Below, in pieces: positions 47,119-60,359 of a stretch of DNA of 64,000 nt. The number at the start of each line of letters is the position of its first letter. Within the stretch, counting starts at the first letter, position 1. The DNA is taken from the NCBI GenBank assembly GCA_038087875.1, contig CM075995.1, positions 932,001 to 996,000 on the forward strand. Reading direction: 5' to 3'. The DNA is from Malacoraja senta. Its lineage: Eukaryota. Under the pieces are notes generated by a model, which had not been told where the DNA came from, did no database searches, and worked only from the letters and a program-made list of their open reading frames with translations. The position numbers and the translations under genes were made by a program.

Positions 47119-48049
47119 GTCCTGAGATCCTGAGTCCGATGCCGTCTGGAGCTTTGCTCCTGGTACCCATGGTGGTAAGGTCGAGGGAGAGGTCCCTGAC
47201 AAAGAGCAATCCAACCAAGACCTCAACGGTGGAACAGGCGGAGGATGATGGCTGACTTTAGTGAAGCGTCATAACGGCTGGGAAGGCGGATGAAGGATGC
47301 AGCAGAAAAGGGTCTCCGGTCGTCTTGGACTCCATGACCCAGATCTGTCAAGGACGTCTGTCTGTGCACCAGTCTCCCCACGTTAAACAAAGTCACGCAC
47401 AGGCATCCTCCATATATGGAATCCACCCTACGACCCTATGGAGAGGAGAGGACAGTCATACTCGTTTCAAGTGACTGCCAATGATGATGATATCTAACTC
47501 TCTATCTTTACATTCTTTCTTTCTGAAGTCTTTCTGAGTCTCCCGGTCATTCATTTGTGATTTGGCTCAGTTTCTCGGTCTCCAATCTAACCTGCAGGGC
47601 ATATCCCACAGCTTCACTGTTAGCAACACATTCAAGAGACTTTCTCAATGCCATTTTGCTGGTTTCACTGTTTCAGAGATAATCCCCTTGTTCTACTCAT
47701 CCCATCTCCTCCTTCTGTGCTATGAAAATTAATGTATTTTCTCCCTTTCCCAGTCAGGATGGAGGATTTTACACAAGACACATTAACTATTTCGCTTTCC
47801 ACTGATGCTGCCTGACCTGCCAAGTGATTCCAGCATTTTCCGTTTTGATTTGACACAAATGAAAATTGCTAATCTCATACAACTGGAGACGTAAACTAAA
47901 TACAGGAACTGTGAAATGATTGAGGTTTAACCAACACAGATATGATGGTTTTTGCACAAATGCCTATTTTCCACAGGTGAGGAATTGCACTGGAATTTTG
48001 CATTTGGAATATTCAACATGTAATTCACATTTGTCCAAATGCAATTACA

Positions 48050-48338
48050 GCAGCACGGTGGCACAGTGGTAGAGTTGCTGCCTTACAGCATCAGACACCA
48101 GGGTTTGATCCTGACTACGGGTGCTGTCTGTATGGAGTTTGTACGCTCTCCCCGTGACCATGTGGGTTTTCTCACAATGCTCCAGTTTTCTCCCACACTT
48201 CAAACACGAACAGGTTTGTAGGTTAATTGGCTTCTGTAAATTGTCCCTAGTGTGTGGGATAGTGTTAGTGTACAGGGTTAGCGCGGACTAGGCGTGCCGA
48301 AGGGCCTGTTTCCACATTGTATCTCTAAAGTCTAAAGC
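48050..48338 (+). mobile_element. tRNA-derived SINE
   Basis: Same family. Confidence 0.85.
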
Positions 48339-50026
48339 TACATCTGGTGAGAACTACTGCGGTTCCACCACGAGAGTTGTCTCTGTGTAAATATGTATAA
48401 TTTGCCTGTAGTATTAGGGTTTATATGGCAACTGAGGTGTTTTTGCCAACTTTATGCGTATCAAGGTTTCAAGGTTTCAAGGTCAGTTTATTGTCACATG
48501 CACTAATTAAGGTACAGTGAAATTTGATTACGATACAGCCATACTTAAAAAAGCAACTAGCCATACAACTATATAAAAGTTAACATAAACATCCACCACA
48601 GTGGATTCCCCACATTCCTCACTGTGATGGACGGCAATAAAGTCTAATCTTCTTCCCTTTTTATTCTCCCGCGGTCGGGGGAGTCAAACCATCCGCAGTC
48701 GGGGCGATCGAAGCTCCCACAGTCAGCAATCGAAGCCCCCGCGTCGAGGCGATCGAAGCTCCAGTGGCTTGGAGCTCCCGAAGTCAGTCCCTAACCAAGG
48801 ACCACGAGCTCCGCGATGTTAAAGTCCGCAGGTTCCCGCGGTTGGAGCTTCCAAGGTCGATCCCTAGTAAAGAGATCGGCAGTTCCGCGATGTTGTCCAC
48901 AGGCTCTTGCAGTTGGAGCTCCTGAAGTCGGTCCCCTGCAGAAGCCGCCAGCTCCTCGATGTTAGGCCGCAGTGCAAACGGAGATACGATACGGAAAAAG
49001 TCACATCTCCGTCGAGGTAAGAGATTTAAAAATGTTTCCCCAACCCCCTCCCCCACCCCCCACACACACATAAAACAAGCTAAAGTACACTAAAACATAC
49101 CTTTAACACGTACTAAAAACAACAAAGAAGGAATGGACGAGAGACTATAGGTGAGGCAGCCATTATGGGCACCATCCGGTGGACAGAGCCTGGTTCACAA
49201 TGACAAACGGTCAGAAGGATTTTGTTCACGGATATCTGATATCAACAGGCTAAGGAACGTCATTCAGATGTGATACACACTTGTTAATTTACATATTCAG
49301 CAATACCTTAAGTGATGCGTCTAATCTGCTTCTGGTTTCACGCAAGAAACCCACAAGACACCAGGTGTAATCTGTGCCAACAGCTGTATCTTAACTACAG
49401 TTTCCTCCATAGATGGTAAAAGTTGTTGAAAATCTCCATTCAGAGCCACAACCGTGCCTGAATCAAGGTTGTGATTGAGGACAACCTCAATTGTTACCCT
49501 TGATGCCACACTTAACCATCTTTTTAATTACCAGGAAAGACACATGTAGAAAGACAGCTCAAGTAAATATTATAAAATTAAAAAGCTGCAAAGAACATTC
49601 AAACTGAATTACTGCAAACCTTGGAAAAGGTCAAAGGTTTGCAGCACACTACACATCTGTAAGTACTTAATACCATTGACTACAACACATCTGAATCATC
49701 TCATGAAAAACCACTCCCTCCGCGGCTTACAATAGTGTTGATATTGCAAAAGTCTAAGTTGATGAAAAAGAATGTTCTTATCCGTTGCTCATTTGCTAAA
49801 TAGCTTCACTGCAAAATCCTTCTGACACTGCTGTGACTCAGTTGTTTGTCTTTTAAACAGATATCAGATAAGAAGATCTATCTATCTATCTATCTGCTTT
49901 TCCTTACATTTATGATGGCCACATGCAAACAAGGCCAGTGTGAGGCCAAATAAAACCACGAGGAAAAGCACCTCATATTCCCACTCAATAGTCCACAGCC
50001 CGATGGCATGAACATTGAATTCTCTG

Positions 50027-50548
50027 TTGTCAAGCTGGAAACCTGGAAAGGGTACAGAGAAGATTAACGAGGATGTTGCCAGGACTAGAGGGTCTAAGCT
50101 ATAGGGAGAGGTTGAGTAGGCTGGGACTCTATTCCCTGGAGCGCAGGAGGTTGAGGCGCGATCTTATAGAGGTGTATAACATCATGAGAGGAATAGATCA
50201 GGTAGATGCTTAGAGTCTCTTGCCCAGAGTACGTGAATCGAGGACCAGAGAACATATGTTTAAGGTGAAGGGGAAAAGGTTTAATAGAAATCTGAGGGGT
50301 AACTTTTTCACACAAAGGGTGGTGGGTGTATGGAACGAGCTGCCAGAGGAGGTGGTTGAGGCTGGGACTACCCCAACGTTTAAGAAACAGTTATACAGGT
50401 ACATGGATAGGACAGGTTTGGAGGGATACGGGCCAAATGCGGGCAGGTGGGACTGGTGTAGCTGGGACCGCGTTGGCCGGTGTGGGCAAGTTGGGCCGAA
50501 GGGCCTGTATCCACACTGTATCACTCTATTACTAAGACTAAGACTCTA
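50027..50548 (+). mobile_element. CR1 LINE 3' fragment (duplicated at about 51950-52470)
   Basis: FFTQRVVGVWNELPEEVVEAG; (ACTAAG)n tail. Confidence 0.88.
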
Positions 50549-53500
50549 ACTTCAGGTCTCCACTCCCACCCTTTGATTCCTCTACCACCCCCAATGTTCC
50601 TACATGTACACTTCTTCTTCCCCTCTTCACCCGCTCCCTCTAACCCAGCTCCTTCCTCATCCACACCATTTGTGCAGCACCCACACAATCCACCCCCCGG
50701 GAGGCAGAAGGCTCCCGTGATGCAACGCGGAGCCGAACTGAAAAGAACCCGGCGGGCCGCCATGAAGGAAGACCTGGCAGGTCACCCACGGCCACAGGCG
50801 GTGGCAGGCCCGGTGGGGCCGCTGACCGTAGTCGCCGAGCTCAGCCCCGAAGAGCAGAGTCGAGGAGGTCAGAGCCACTGACGACGGCGGACGTGAGGAG
50901 TGGGCCGGTAGTAGAGAGACTGGGGTATTACCTCCAGCACCTTCAAGGTTGGCTGCAGGAGGTGTCCCCGGGACAGGAGAGGGACATTGGTTCATGGGCC
51001 GAACTGGTCAACGGTGATGGAGGTGGCCCTGCAGTAGCTTGGGGCTTACCTGGATGGGTATCGAGCACGTGGACCGGACTTTGGACTTTTGTAAATGGCG
51101 CCAAAATATAGCGACTCGTGAGCTATGCAAAGAGAATTTCACTGTGCAGTGCATATACGTGACAGACAACTACCATTGTTATTAGTTATTAGTTTTCCAG
51201 GATCTAGTTAATTAAAACATGTTTTTTTCATTTCACAGTCACTAAAACAAGTGGTATTGTAACTATGTACTTTTCAGAGGTGATCTACACATTTTGTTTG
51301 TTACTTGTAGGCTTACATGCATGCAATTTTATATTAAAATGTAGCTTCGATCTGTTTGGTCCATTAACTCGCAGGCACTTTTCAAGCACACATTTTGATT
51401 ACTTTCCATTCTACCATAGAAATATAAATATTTAACTTTATTTGTAATTCTATGATTCTACAGAGCTTGGCTGGGAACCTGGGGCTCACCAAAATTGTTC
51501 CCAATTGGGCCCCGCACCTTCTAAGGCCGGCCCTGGTCCTGAGATCCTGAGACCGATGCCGTCTGGAGCTATGCTCCTGGTACCCATGGTGGTAAGGTCG
51601 AGGGAGAGGTCCCTGACAAAGAGCAATCCAACCAAGACCTCAACGGTGGAACAGGCGGAGGATGATGGCTGACTTTAGTGAAGCGTCATAACGGCTGGGA
51701 AGGTGGATGAAGGATGCAGCAGAAAAGGGTCTCCGGTCGTCTTGGACTCCATGACCCAGATCTGTCAAGGACGTCTGTCTGTGCACCAGTCTCCCCACGT
51801 TAAACAAAGTCACGCACAGGCATCCTCCATACATGGAATCCACCCTACGACCCTATGGAGAGGAGAGGCCAAATAAAACCACGAGGAAAAGCACCTCATA
51901 TGCCCACTCAATAGTCCACAGCCCGATGGCATGAACATTGAATTCTCTGTTGTCAAGCTGGAAACCTGGAAAGGGTACAGAGAAGATTAACGAGGATGTT
52001 GCCAGGACTAGAGGGTCTGAGCTATAGGGAGAGGTTGAGTAGGCTGGGATTCTATTCCCTGGAGCGCAGGAGGTTGAGGCATGATCTTATAGAGGTGTAT
52101 AACATCATGAGAGGAATAGATCAGGTAGATGCTTAGAGTCTCTTGCCCAGAGTATGTGAATCGAGGACCAGAGAACATATGTTTAAGGTGAAGGGGAAAA
52201 GGTTTAATAGAAATCTGAGGGGTAACCTTTTCACACAAAGGGTGGTGGGTGTATGGAACGAGCTGCCAGAGGAGGTTGTTGAGGCTGGGACTATCCCAAC
52301 GTTTAAGAAACAGTTATACAGGTACATGGATAGGACAGGTTTGGAGGGATACGGGCCAAATGCGGGCAGGTGGGACTGGTGTAGCTGGGACCGCGTTGGC
52401 CGGTGTGCGCAAGTTGGGCCGAAGGGCCTGTATCCACACTGTATCACTCTATTACTAAGACTAAGACTCTAACTTCAGGTCTCCACTCCCACCCTTTGAT
52501 TCCTCTACCACCCCCAATGTTCCTACATGCACACTTCTTCTTCCCCTCTTCACCCGCTCCCTCTAATCCAGCTCCTTCATCATCCACACCATTTGTGCAG
52601 CACCCACACAATCCACCCCCCGGGAGGCAGAAGGCTCCCGTGATGCGGATGCAGCAGAAGCACCCGTGATGCAACGCGGAGCCGAACTGAAAAGAACCCG
52701 GCGGGCCGCCGTGATGGAAGACCTGGCAGGTCACCCACGGCCACAGGCGGTGGCAGGCCCGGTGGGGCCGCTGACCGTAGTCGCCGAGCTCAGCCCCGAA
52801 GAACAGAGTCGAGGAGGTCAGAGCCACTGACGACGGCGGACATGAGGAGTGGGCCGGTAGTAGAGAGACTGGGGTATTACCTCCAGCACCTTCAAGGTTG
52901 GCTGCAGGAGGTGTCCCCGGGACAGGAGAGGGACATTGGTTCATGGGCCGAACTGGTCAACGGTGATGGAGGTGGCCCTGCAGTAGCTTGGGGCTTATCT
53001 GGATGGGTATCGAGCACGTGGACCGGACTTTGGACTTTTGTAAATGGCGCCAAAATATAGCGACTCGTGAGCTATGCAAAGAGAATTTCACTGTGCAGTG
53101 CATATACGTGACAGACAACTACCATTGAACCATTGATCTTTGAGACTTGTCAGTGAGCGATGACATTTGCTTGATCAATTATAGTCTCCACAATACTTCA
53201 CTATACTTGCTAACGGAAAAGAATACCTGCAGACCATTGAAACATTCAGAGAACTCTTTCCAGTTGCACCTCAGCTTTCAAAATCTGTTAGGTGTGGAAG
53301 AAACATTGGCAAGCAGTCAAAAGTCCAGTTTCCAACAATGAAAGTGTACACAATTGTATCTTTGAACAATGCTCAAAGTCTGATCGGCTCTGTTTCATTG
53401 GGAGCTGTTATAAGTTGGTGAGTCTCGCCTTGGAAGAAATACAAATATATCTACATTGAGTAATAGAGTAAATAGTTTCAATTTTATTGCCGCTACACAT

Positions 53501-54124
53501 CATTGACTTTTCAATCGTTTTTCAGGAAATACTTGAGGACAACACTGCTTTAAGACTTATCTTAAAATAATGAAATACTAAAATTTCCATCTGCTAGTTG
53601 TGAGGACTATACTCATTGTACATGTTTGAAACCAACTTAACTCTGACCTATTTTTTGTTTTGTGGAACTGAAAGTAACACGCAGATGGCATTAAAAAGCA
53701 AAAGGATGCAGGTCTTTGCTTGTATAATGACATGTTACCTGAATAAATAATTACAGAGTGTGGAAGGAACATTCCTCTCAATCTGCACAGATAGTAAACA
53801 GAATGACAGATATCTTTCATTAAACCACGCATTTTTATAAAACTGATAGTCATGTCGAGGAGTTCAAGAACTTGCTATAAAGAAAGCTCAGATTCCCTTT
53901 ACGATTTGGAATATTATTTCGTGCAGTTTTGTAGTGCAGTATTGCCTGAATTATAAGTGCACAGTCAATGACACTTTCATCACTGCTGATGAATTAGAGA
54001 AGAACAAATGGACATTAATTGAAAGAGAACCTGCTGTCTGTTGGTTGCAAGGACAAGAATGGTTTATGAAGATGACTGCTGTCTGAACATCTGCACCTTT
54101 GGATCATTCCAAAAGACAAGGCCC

Positions 54125-54436
54125 GGGCGGTGCGGTGGCGCAGCGGTAGAGTTGCTGCCCTACAGCGCCAGAGACCCGGGTTTGGTCCCGACTACGGGTG
54201 CTGTCTGTACGGAGTTTGTACGTTCTCCCCGTGACCTGCGCGGATTTTCTCCGAGATCTTCGGTTTCCTTCCACACTTCAAAGACATACATGTTTTGCAG
54301 GTTCATTGGCTTGGTATTAATGAAAAATTATCCCCAGGGTGCGTGGGGTAGTCTTAATGTGCGGAGATCGCTGGTCATTGCGGACTCGGTGAGCCGAAGG
54401 GCCTGTTTCTGCGCTGTTTCTCTAAACTAAACTAAA
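54125..54436 (+). mobile_element. tRNA-derived SINE
   Basis: Same family. Confidence 0.88.
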
Positions 54437-55583
54437 ACTGAACAAAGGACAACACTGTTGGCCACTCACAAATCCACTCACAGATGCTTTGTCACAATGT
54501 CATAGATTCTTGCAGCATAGGAACTTTGGCTCACTGTGTCCGCACTGACCTCTAAGCACCCTAAGTTAATCTCATGTTTAAAATACTTGCCACATTCCCA
54601 TCAACTCCCTTAAGATTCTATCAAGCACCGATACACTATGGGCAAATTACAGTGGGTCAACGGTTCAATAGACCAATGGTACTTTATTGTCACTTGTACC
54701 AATGTACAATGAAATTCGATTGTTGCATACAGTTCAGTAACGGTATTACTATACAGTGGGCAACAAACCAACTAAACACAGTCTGAAGAAGGGTCTCGAC
54801 CCTAACCATCACACATTCCTTCTCTCCACAGATGCTGCTTGTCCCGCTGAGTTACTCCAGCATTTTGTGTCTATCCACAGTCTTTGGTATGTTGGAGGAC
54901 ACCAGGGCACCAGGGGGAATAACCCATATGGCCACCGGGAGAACATGCCAACTCCACATAGACAGCACCTATAGTCAGGATTGAAGCCTGGAAGCTGGTG
55001 CTCTGAGGTTTAATTTGTCAAAGTAGAACTGATTGAAGAGGTTCTGTTAATGTGCACGTTACTGGCTGTACCTTGCACTAAACGGTCTTCCCTTTATCAT
55101 GTATCTGGACATTGTGAATGGCTCGATTGTAATCATGTATTGTCTTTCTGCTGCAGACAAAAATGCTGGAGAAACTCAGCGGGTGCGGCAGCATCTATGG
55201 AGCGAAGGAAATAGGCAACGTTTCGGGTCGAAACCCTTCTTCAGACTCTTCCTGCTGACTGGTTAGCACACAACAAAAGCTTTTTACTGTACCTCGGTCC
55301 ACGGGACAATAAACTAAGTGAACTCAACTGATCAGGAAGTAGGTTAGTGTGAGATTGTGCTTACCTTTCTCTGATCTGATGAGATAATTAAACTGCGTAT
55401 GACCCTGAGTCCAGTAGTAGGCAGCCCCACTGCTACAGTACATGAGTGTTGCTTCTAGGCCGCTACCTCCTAACAGAAGGGAATATGAACCTCTGAGTGC
55501 CCTAACTTACATCTTGTGTGACTTCCACCAAGGACAGCCACAGAGATTCCTCCCTCTGTTTTCCAAGCAATTACAGAGAACAG

Positions 55584-56443
55584 TGAAAGGCCTGGATAGA
55601 GTGGATTTGGAGAGGATGTTTCCACTAGTGGGAGTCCAGGATCAGAGGTCATTGCCTCAGAATTAAAGGACATTCCTTTAGGAAGGAGATGAGGAGAAAT
55701 GTCTTTAGTCAGAGGTTGGTGAATCTGTGGAATTCATTGTCACTGAAGGCTGTGGAGGCCAAGTCAATGGATATATTTAAGACAGAGATAGATAGTTTCT
55801 TGATTAGTAAGGATGTCTGGGGTTATGGGGAGAAGGCAGGAGAATGGGGTTAAGAAGGGAAAGATAGACCAGTCATGAATGAATGGCAGAGTAGACTTGA
55901 TGGGCTGAATGGCCTAATTTTGCTCCAATCACTTATGAACTTATGAATAGCAGAAGCTGGAAAGGGTGCAGAGAGGATTTACGAGGATGTTACCAGGACT
56001 ACAGGGTCTGAGCTATAGGCAGAAGTTGAGTAGGCTCAGACTCTATTCCTTGGAGTGCATGAGGATGAGGGGTGATCTTATAGAGGAGGATAAGATCATG
56101 AGAGGAATAGATCGGGTAGATGTACAGAGTCTATTGCCCAGAGTAGGTGAATCAAGAACCAGACATAGGTTTAAGGTGAAGGGGAAACAATTTAATATGA
56201 ATCTGAGGGGTAACTTTTTCACACAAAGGATGGTGGATGTATGGAACAAGCTGCCAGAGGAGGTAGTTGAGGCAGGGACTATCCCAACATTTAAGAAACA
56301 GTTAAACAGGTACATGGATAGGACAGGTTTGGAGGGATGTGGACCAAACGCAGGCAGTTGGGACTGGTGTAGCTGGGACATGTTGGCCGGTGCGGGCAAG
56401 TTGGGCAGAAGGGCCTGTTTCCATACTGTATCACTCTATGACT
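55584..56443 (+). mobile_element. Two adjacent CR1 3' fragments (further copies at 11553-11793, 13171-13351, 17905-18100, 36336-36555, 43896-44208, 56788-57121, 60003-60298)
   Basis: VQRGFTRMLPGL..RGDLIE..FFTQRMVDVWNKLP. Confidence 0.88.
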
Positions 56444-58249
56444 GTGAGATGCAGTGGAGCTGAATTTGAATTGCTGTGTGTCACCATTACGCCCACTAGA
56501 CCCTGTGATTATAATATGAAACCTATGGTTAAATTAAAATGACTGAAAGTTCCAATAGTTTCAGATTTGTCCGTGTTAGTTTGTCTCCACCTACCATCAT
56601 CAAATGTGTCAAAGCGTTAAAATCCAGCCCTGGGAGTCTGAATTGGAAACTATTGCATCGCCCAGTATGGGCAACATAAAAGTATGGGCAACTTAAAAGT
56701 AGAAAATAAATGTTTTAAAGGTATGGGCACAGTTATTGAACAAATCAGTGATACATTCAGATATTCTAGGTAGATATTCTAGATATTCTGGATGTGGAGA
56801 GGATGTTTTCAGTAGTGAGAGAGTCCAGGTCCAGAGTGCACAGCCTCAGGATAAAAGGGCGTACCTTTAGAATGCAAATGAGGAGGATTTCTATTCAGCC
56901 CAAGGGTCTGGAGGAAATTCAATGCCACACACAGTGGTGGAGGCCAAGTCTTTAGGTATTTTTAAGGCAGAGATCGATATTTATTCTTGATTATTAAGGG
57001 CGTCAAAGGTTACGGGGTGAAGGCAGAAGAATGGGGTTGAGAGGGAAAATTAGATCAGCCATGATTGAATGGTTCCAAAATCGATGGGCCGAATGGCCTA
57101 ATTCTGTTCCTATGTCTTATGGTTTTATTAAATTGAAAAATCTAAATGACACAGATGTTCTGGACTTCATGGGGGTCGGGATATAGTTCAAATTAATCAC
57201 CATCCTTAGCTACTGTATGACCCAGCTTTCACTTATCCTAGCAACAGTCTGCTCCAAAGTGAATTGTTTCCACTATAACATGAGCTAAGCTCTAACAAAA
57301 GTATCCAGAGAAACTTGACATGAAAGTCCAAAAATCTGGCAAAGACTCAATAACATCTTTAGAATGCACCGGGAGATTTTGCATTTAAATTCAGCAAAAA
57401 CCTTGCATGAGTTCACGGTGTAAGCTCTCTGAATGGCACAGTAATTAATATTCTAGCCATTTCCGAGCCTGAGAAAGTTAGTGAAAGCAGGATGACGTTT
57501 GATGGAGCAGACACAATTGTTGTCTGAAGCGTTTTTTGTGTTTGCCTTATTTGTGCTTGCTAGCACATTCAGTAAATGACGCCGGCAATCAGGTCTCATT
57601 TACATAGGCACATAAACAAAAGAGTTTAAAACATCCCTGTCAATTTTGGACAAAATGGATTATGGGAAATGCCAGTGAAAGCAAGTCATGGAAGCAACAA
57701 ATTAAAGGGAAGGTTAAATTGTGATATTGAACAGAAAATTATATTTGTCCGATTTCTCACTGTTTGGTTGGCATTATTTATTAGAACAAAATAGAAAGGG
57801 AAAATTAAATAACACCTTGCAACTCATGCCCTGAAATTAAAATGTTAAATGCTTTGGGTCGGCCTTTTTTTAATTGGTAAATAACTGGATTATAAATCTG
57901 AATACTATGTGAGGCGTTGAAAGGGCCATTGACAGGTTTATGCTAATGAAGGCACGCTAAACTGAATGCTTGTGATTGCTCATAGTTCGTTGCTACTGGC
58001 ATGGCGGCTACTTTTGGCTCATCATCTCTTACTCAGTCCTCTGATGCCCTGCATTCTGTTGTTTTAAAAGTCAGTGTTCAGTTATTTAAACTGTGAAGGT
58101 GTCCAAGCTCAAAACTATTTCAACTTTTACATTATTCCATTGGAAAGGATAAGTTTGGAATCTTGTCTAGCAATTATTTGCAGTGACTAAATATACAATG
58201 GAAAGGAGTTGACAATGATTATTCGAGCTTAAATAAACTCACATGTGGC

Positions 58250-58570
58250 ACAGGGTGGCACAGTGACGCAGCGGTAGAATTGCTACCTTACAGCACCGGA
58301 GACCCAGGGGTGATCCTGGCCGTGAGTGCTGTATGGAGTTTGTACGTTCTCCCTGTTACTGCATGGGTTTTTCTCTAGGTGCTCCGGTTTCCTCCCACAC
58401 TCCAAAGATGTACAGGTTTGAAGTTAATTGACTTCAGTAAAATTGGAAATTGTCCCTGATGTGTAGGATAGTGTTAGTGTACGGGGATCGTTGGTTGGCA
58501 CGGACTCTGTGGGCCGAAGGGCCTGCTTCCATGCTAAATCTCTAAAGTCTAAAGTCTAAAGCCTAAAGTC
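58250..58570 (+). mobile_element. tRNA-derived SINE
   Basis: Same family. Confidence 0.85.
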
Positions 58571-60359
58571 ATGTGAAATTATAAGAAATTGCCGGACAGA
58601 TTCTACAGTCATGCATTGGATCACAATACATCTGAAATGATTTTTAATGTTCTTTGAAGTTATCAGTGAATAATTGTGCAAAGCTTCTGCTGCATGGAAA
58701 TGTATGGGAAAATCCTCACTGTTTTCTCTGAGAGCTATGATTTAAACATGGTTCAAATGCCCAGGCAATTTAACAAATGTAGAATGAAATTCAAGGTGTA
58801 AGATTATTATTTTTTCAATATTATTTAGGTAATATAGCCTTATAGCCAAAAATGCACATAAGAATGCATTGAATGCAACTCATGATCATAAAACCAAACT
58901 GCTCCTGATACCACTCTCATTAAAGAGTCATGCCAATTTAGCTGAGACTCATGTGAATCTCTGCTGGGGTATAAGTTGACAAGCTGCCTGTGAGGAGCTA
59001 CCACTGTGAGGGTCCTTTAACACCTATCTTCTTGTGGCAATGTTGCTGCTGGTGCTGGCGTTTACGAGACCAATTTTTAATGGAAATAATACAGTGGATT
59101 ATACAAATGGTCAGCCCAGAGTGGGCGTCGAAGTTGACACAATACCACTGATTCAAATATCTTTGTGGCCCTTTCTCAAACAATGATAACATTTACCAGG
59201 TGCCAGTATTGGGAATAGAAATGTTACCGCAAGATGTTGTGCGAGAGTCTCTTTGATAAATTAGTATACTGATTGTGGTAAAACTGTGCTCCATGCATTT
59301 TGTCAAGATAAGGATCGAGTTAGCTATCTCTGTTCTTTCCTTGCCAAGAGGATCAGTTTATTTCCTTTACAGGGTAAACCAGAGTTTTTCTTAATATTAT
59401 AGTGGTTCCCTTTGGCTTCATTGGATGTATGCATTGGGTGTATGTATTGATCTTGGTTCCGTGTGAGAGAGAACCAAAGGATAATATAGTATTCCCTCAT
59501 TCTGGGGAAGAGTTGCTAACATGACAGACCAAATCATTCATGACGATGGACTTCATGTTGTGCTGTCGTGACCGTACAGAAAAAGGTGCTCTCCCTGTGT
59601 ATGAAGGAACTGCAGATGCTGGTTTAAATCAAAGATAGACTGCTGAACTCTCGTCGTAAAGAGGAAAAGTACTTCTTCAAGGTAGACATACCTGTACCTT
59701 GAGTCAAGAGTCAAGAGAGTTTATTGTTCTCCTTGGTGTTCTCCTTACATTATTCTTTGAACTGGCCATCTCCCACACTTTGTGCTTCACTCAGGACTGT
59801 GATGTTGATGTCAAAGTGTCCGAGTTCTTAATTTAAGGTAGCAGAACAACAGTCAGGTGTGTCACTCCTGCGACCGTCCACGAGGGTCCTCATGTTCCAC
59901 TTGCCAAACTTCAAATTGTGGTGGAAATCCATAACCTAAAGAAACTGATGGCAGCCGTACTAAACCATGAGAGGAATAGAATGGGTTGATGCCCAGAATG
60001 GGTTGATGCCCAGAATCTCTTGCCCAGAGTAGGGAAATCGAGGACCAGACGACATAGGTTTATGGTGAGGTGAGAAAGATTTAATAGGAACCTGAGGGGT
60101 AACTTTTTCACACAAAGGGTGGTGGGTGTATGGAACAAACTGCCAGAAAAGGTAGTTGAGGCAGGGACTATCACAACACCTAGACCTGGATAGAACAGGG
60201 TTAGAGGGATGTAGGCCAAATGCAGGCAGGTGGGACTAGTGTAGATGGGACATGTTGGTCAGTGTGGCCAATTTCTATGCTGTATGACTCTATGACTATG
60301 ATGCAGCTGCTCACTACAGCCATTACCTGTTTGAGTTCATGGTCATTTATGGCCCAAAC

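Larger units (their letters stand above)
45923..47491 (+). mobile_element. RTE-derived non-autonomous retroposon, split by the hAT insertion
   Basis: TTGTCGTGGTGGAG...GATCCTGAG...CCCATGG start resembles recalled RTE/Expander 5' UTRs; ends in a (GAT)n tail; no ORF. Confidence 0.6.
46765..53128 (+). repeat. Tandem duplication (copy A about 46765-51177, copy B about 51182-53128 with an internal deletion)
   Basis: 46766-47448 matches 51183-51868 and 49942-51177 matches 51865-53128, with only scattered substitutions. Confidence 0.92.

Noticed and set aside
49306..49520. Possible egf exon 1 (minus-strand AAG|gtattg donor and a short ORF)
   Set aside because: The ATG-initiated frames stop before the donor and no signal peptide is encoded; a UTR exon cannot be excluded
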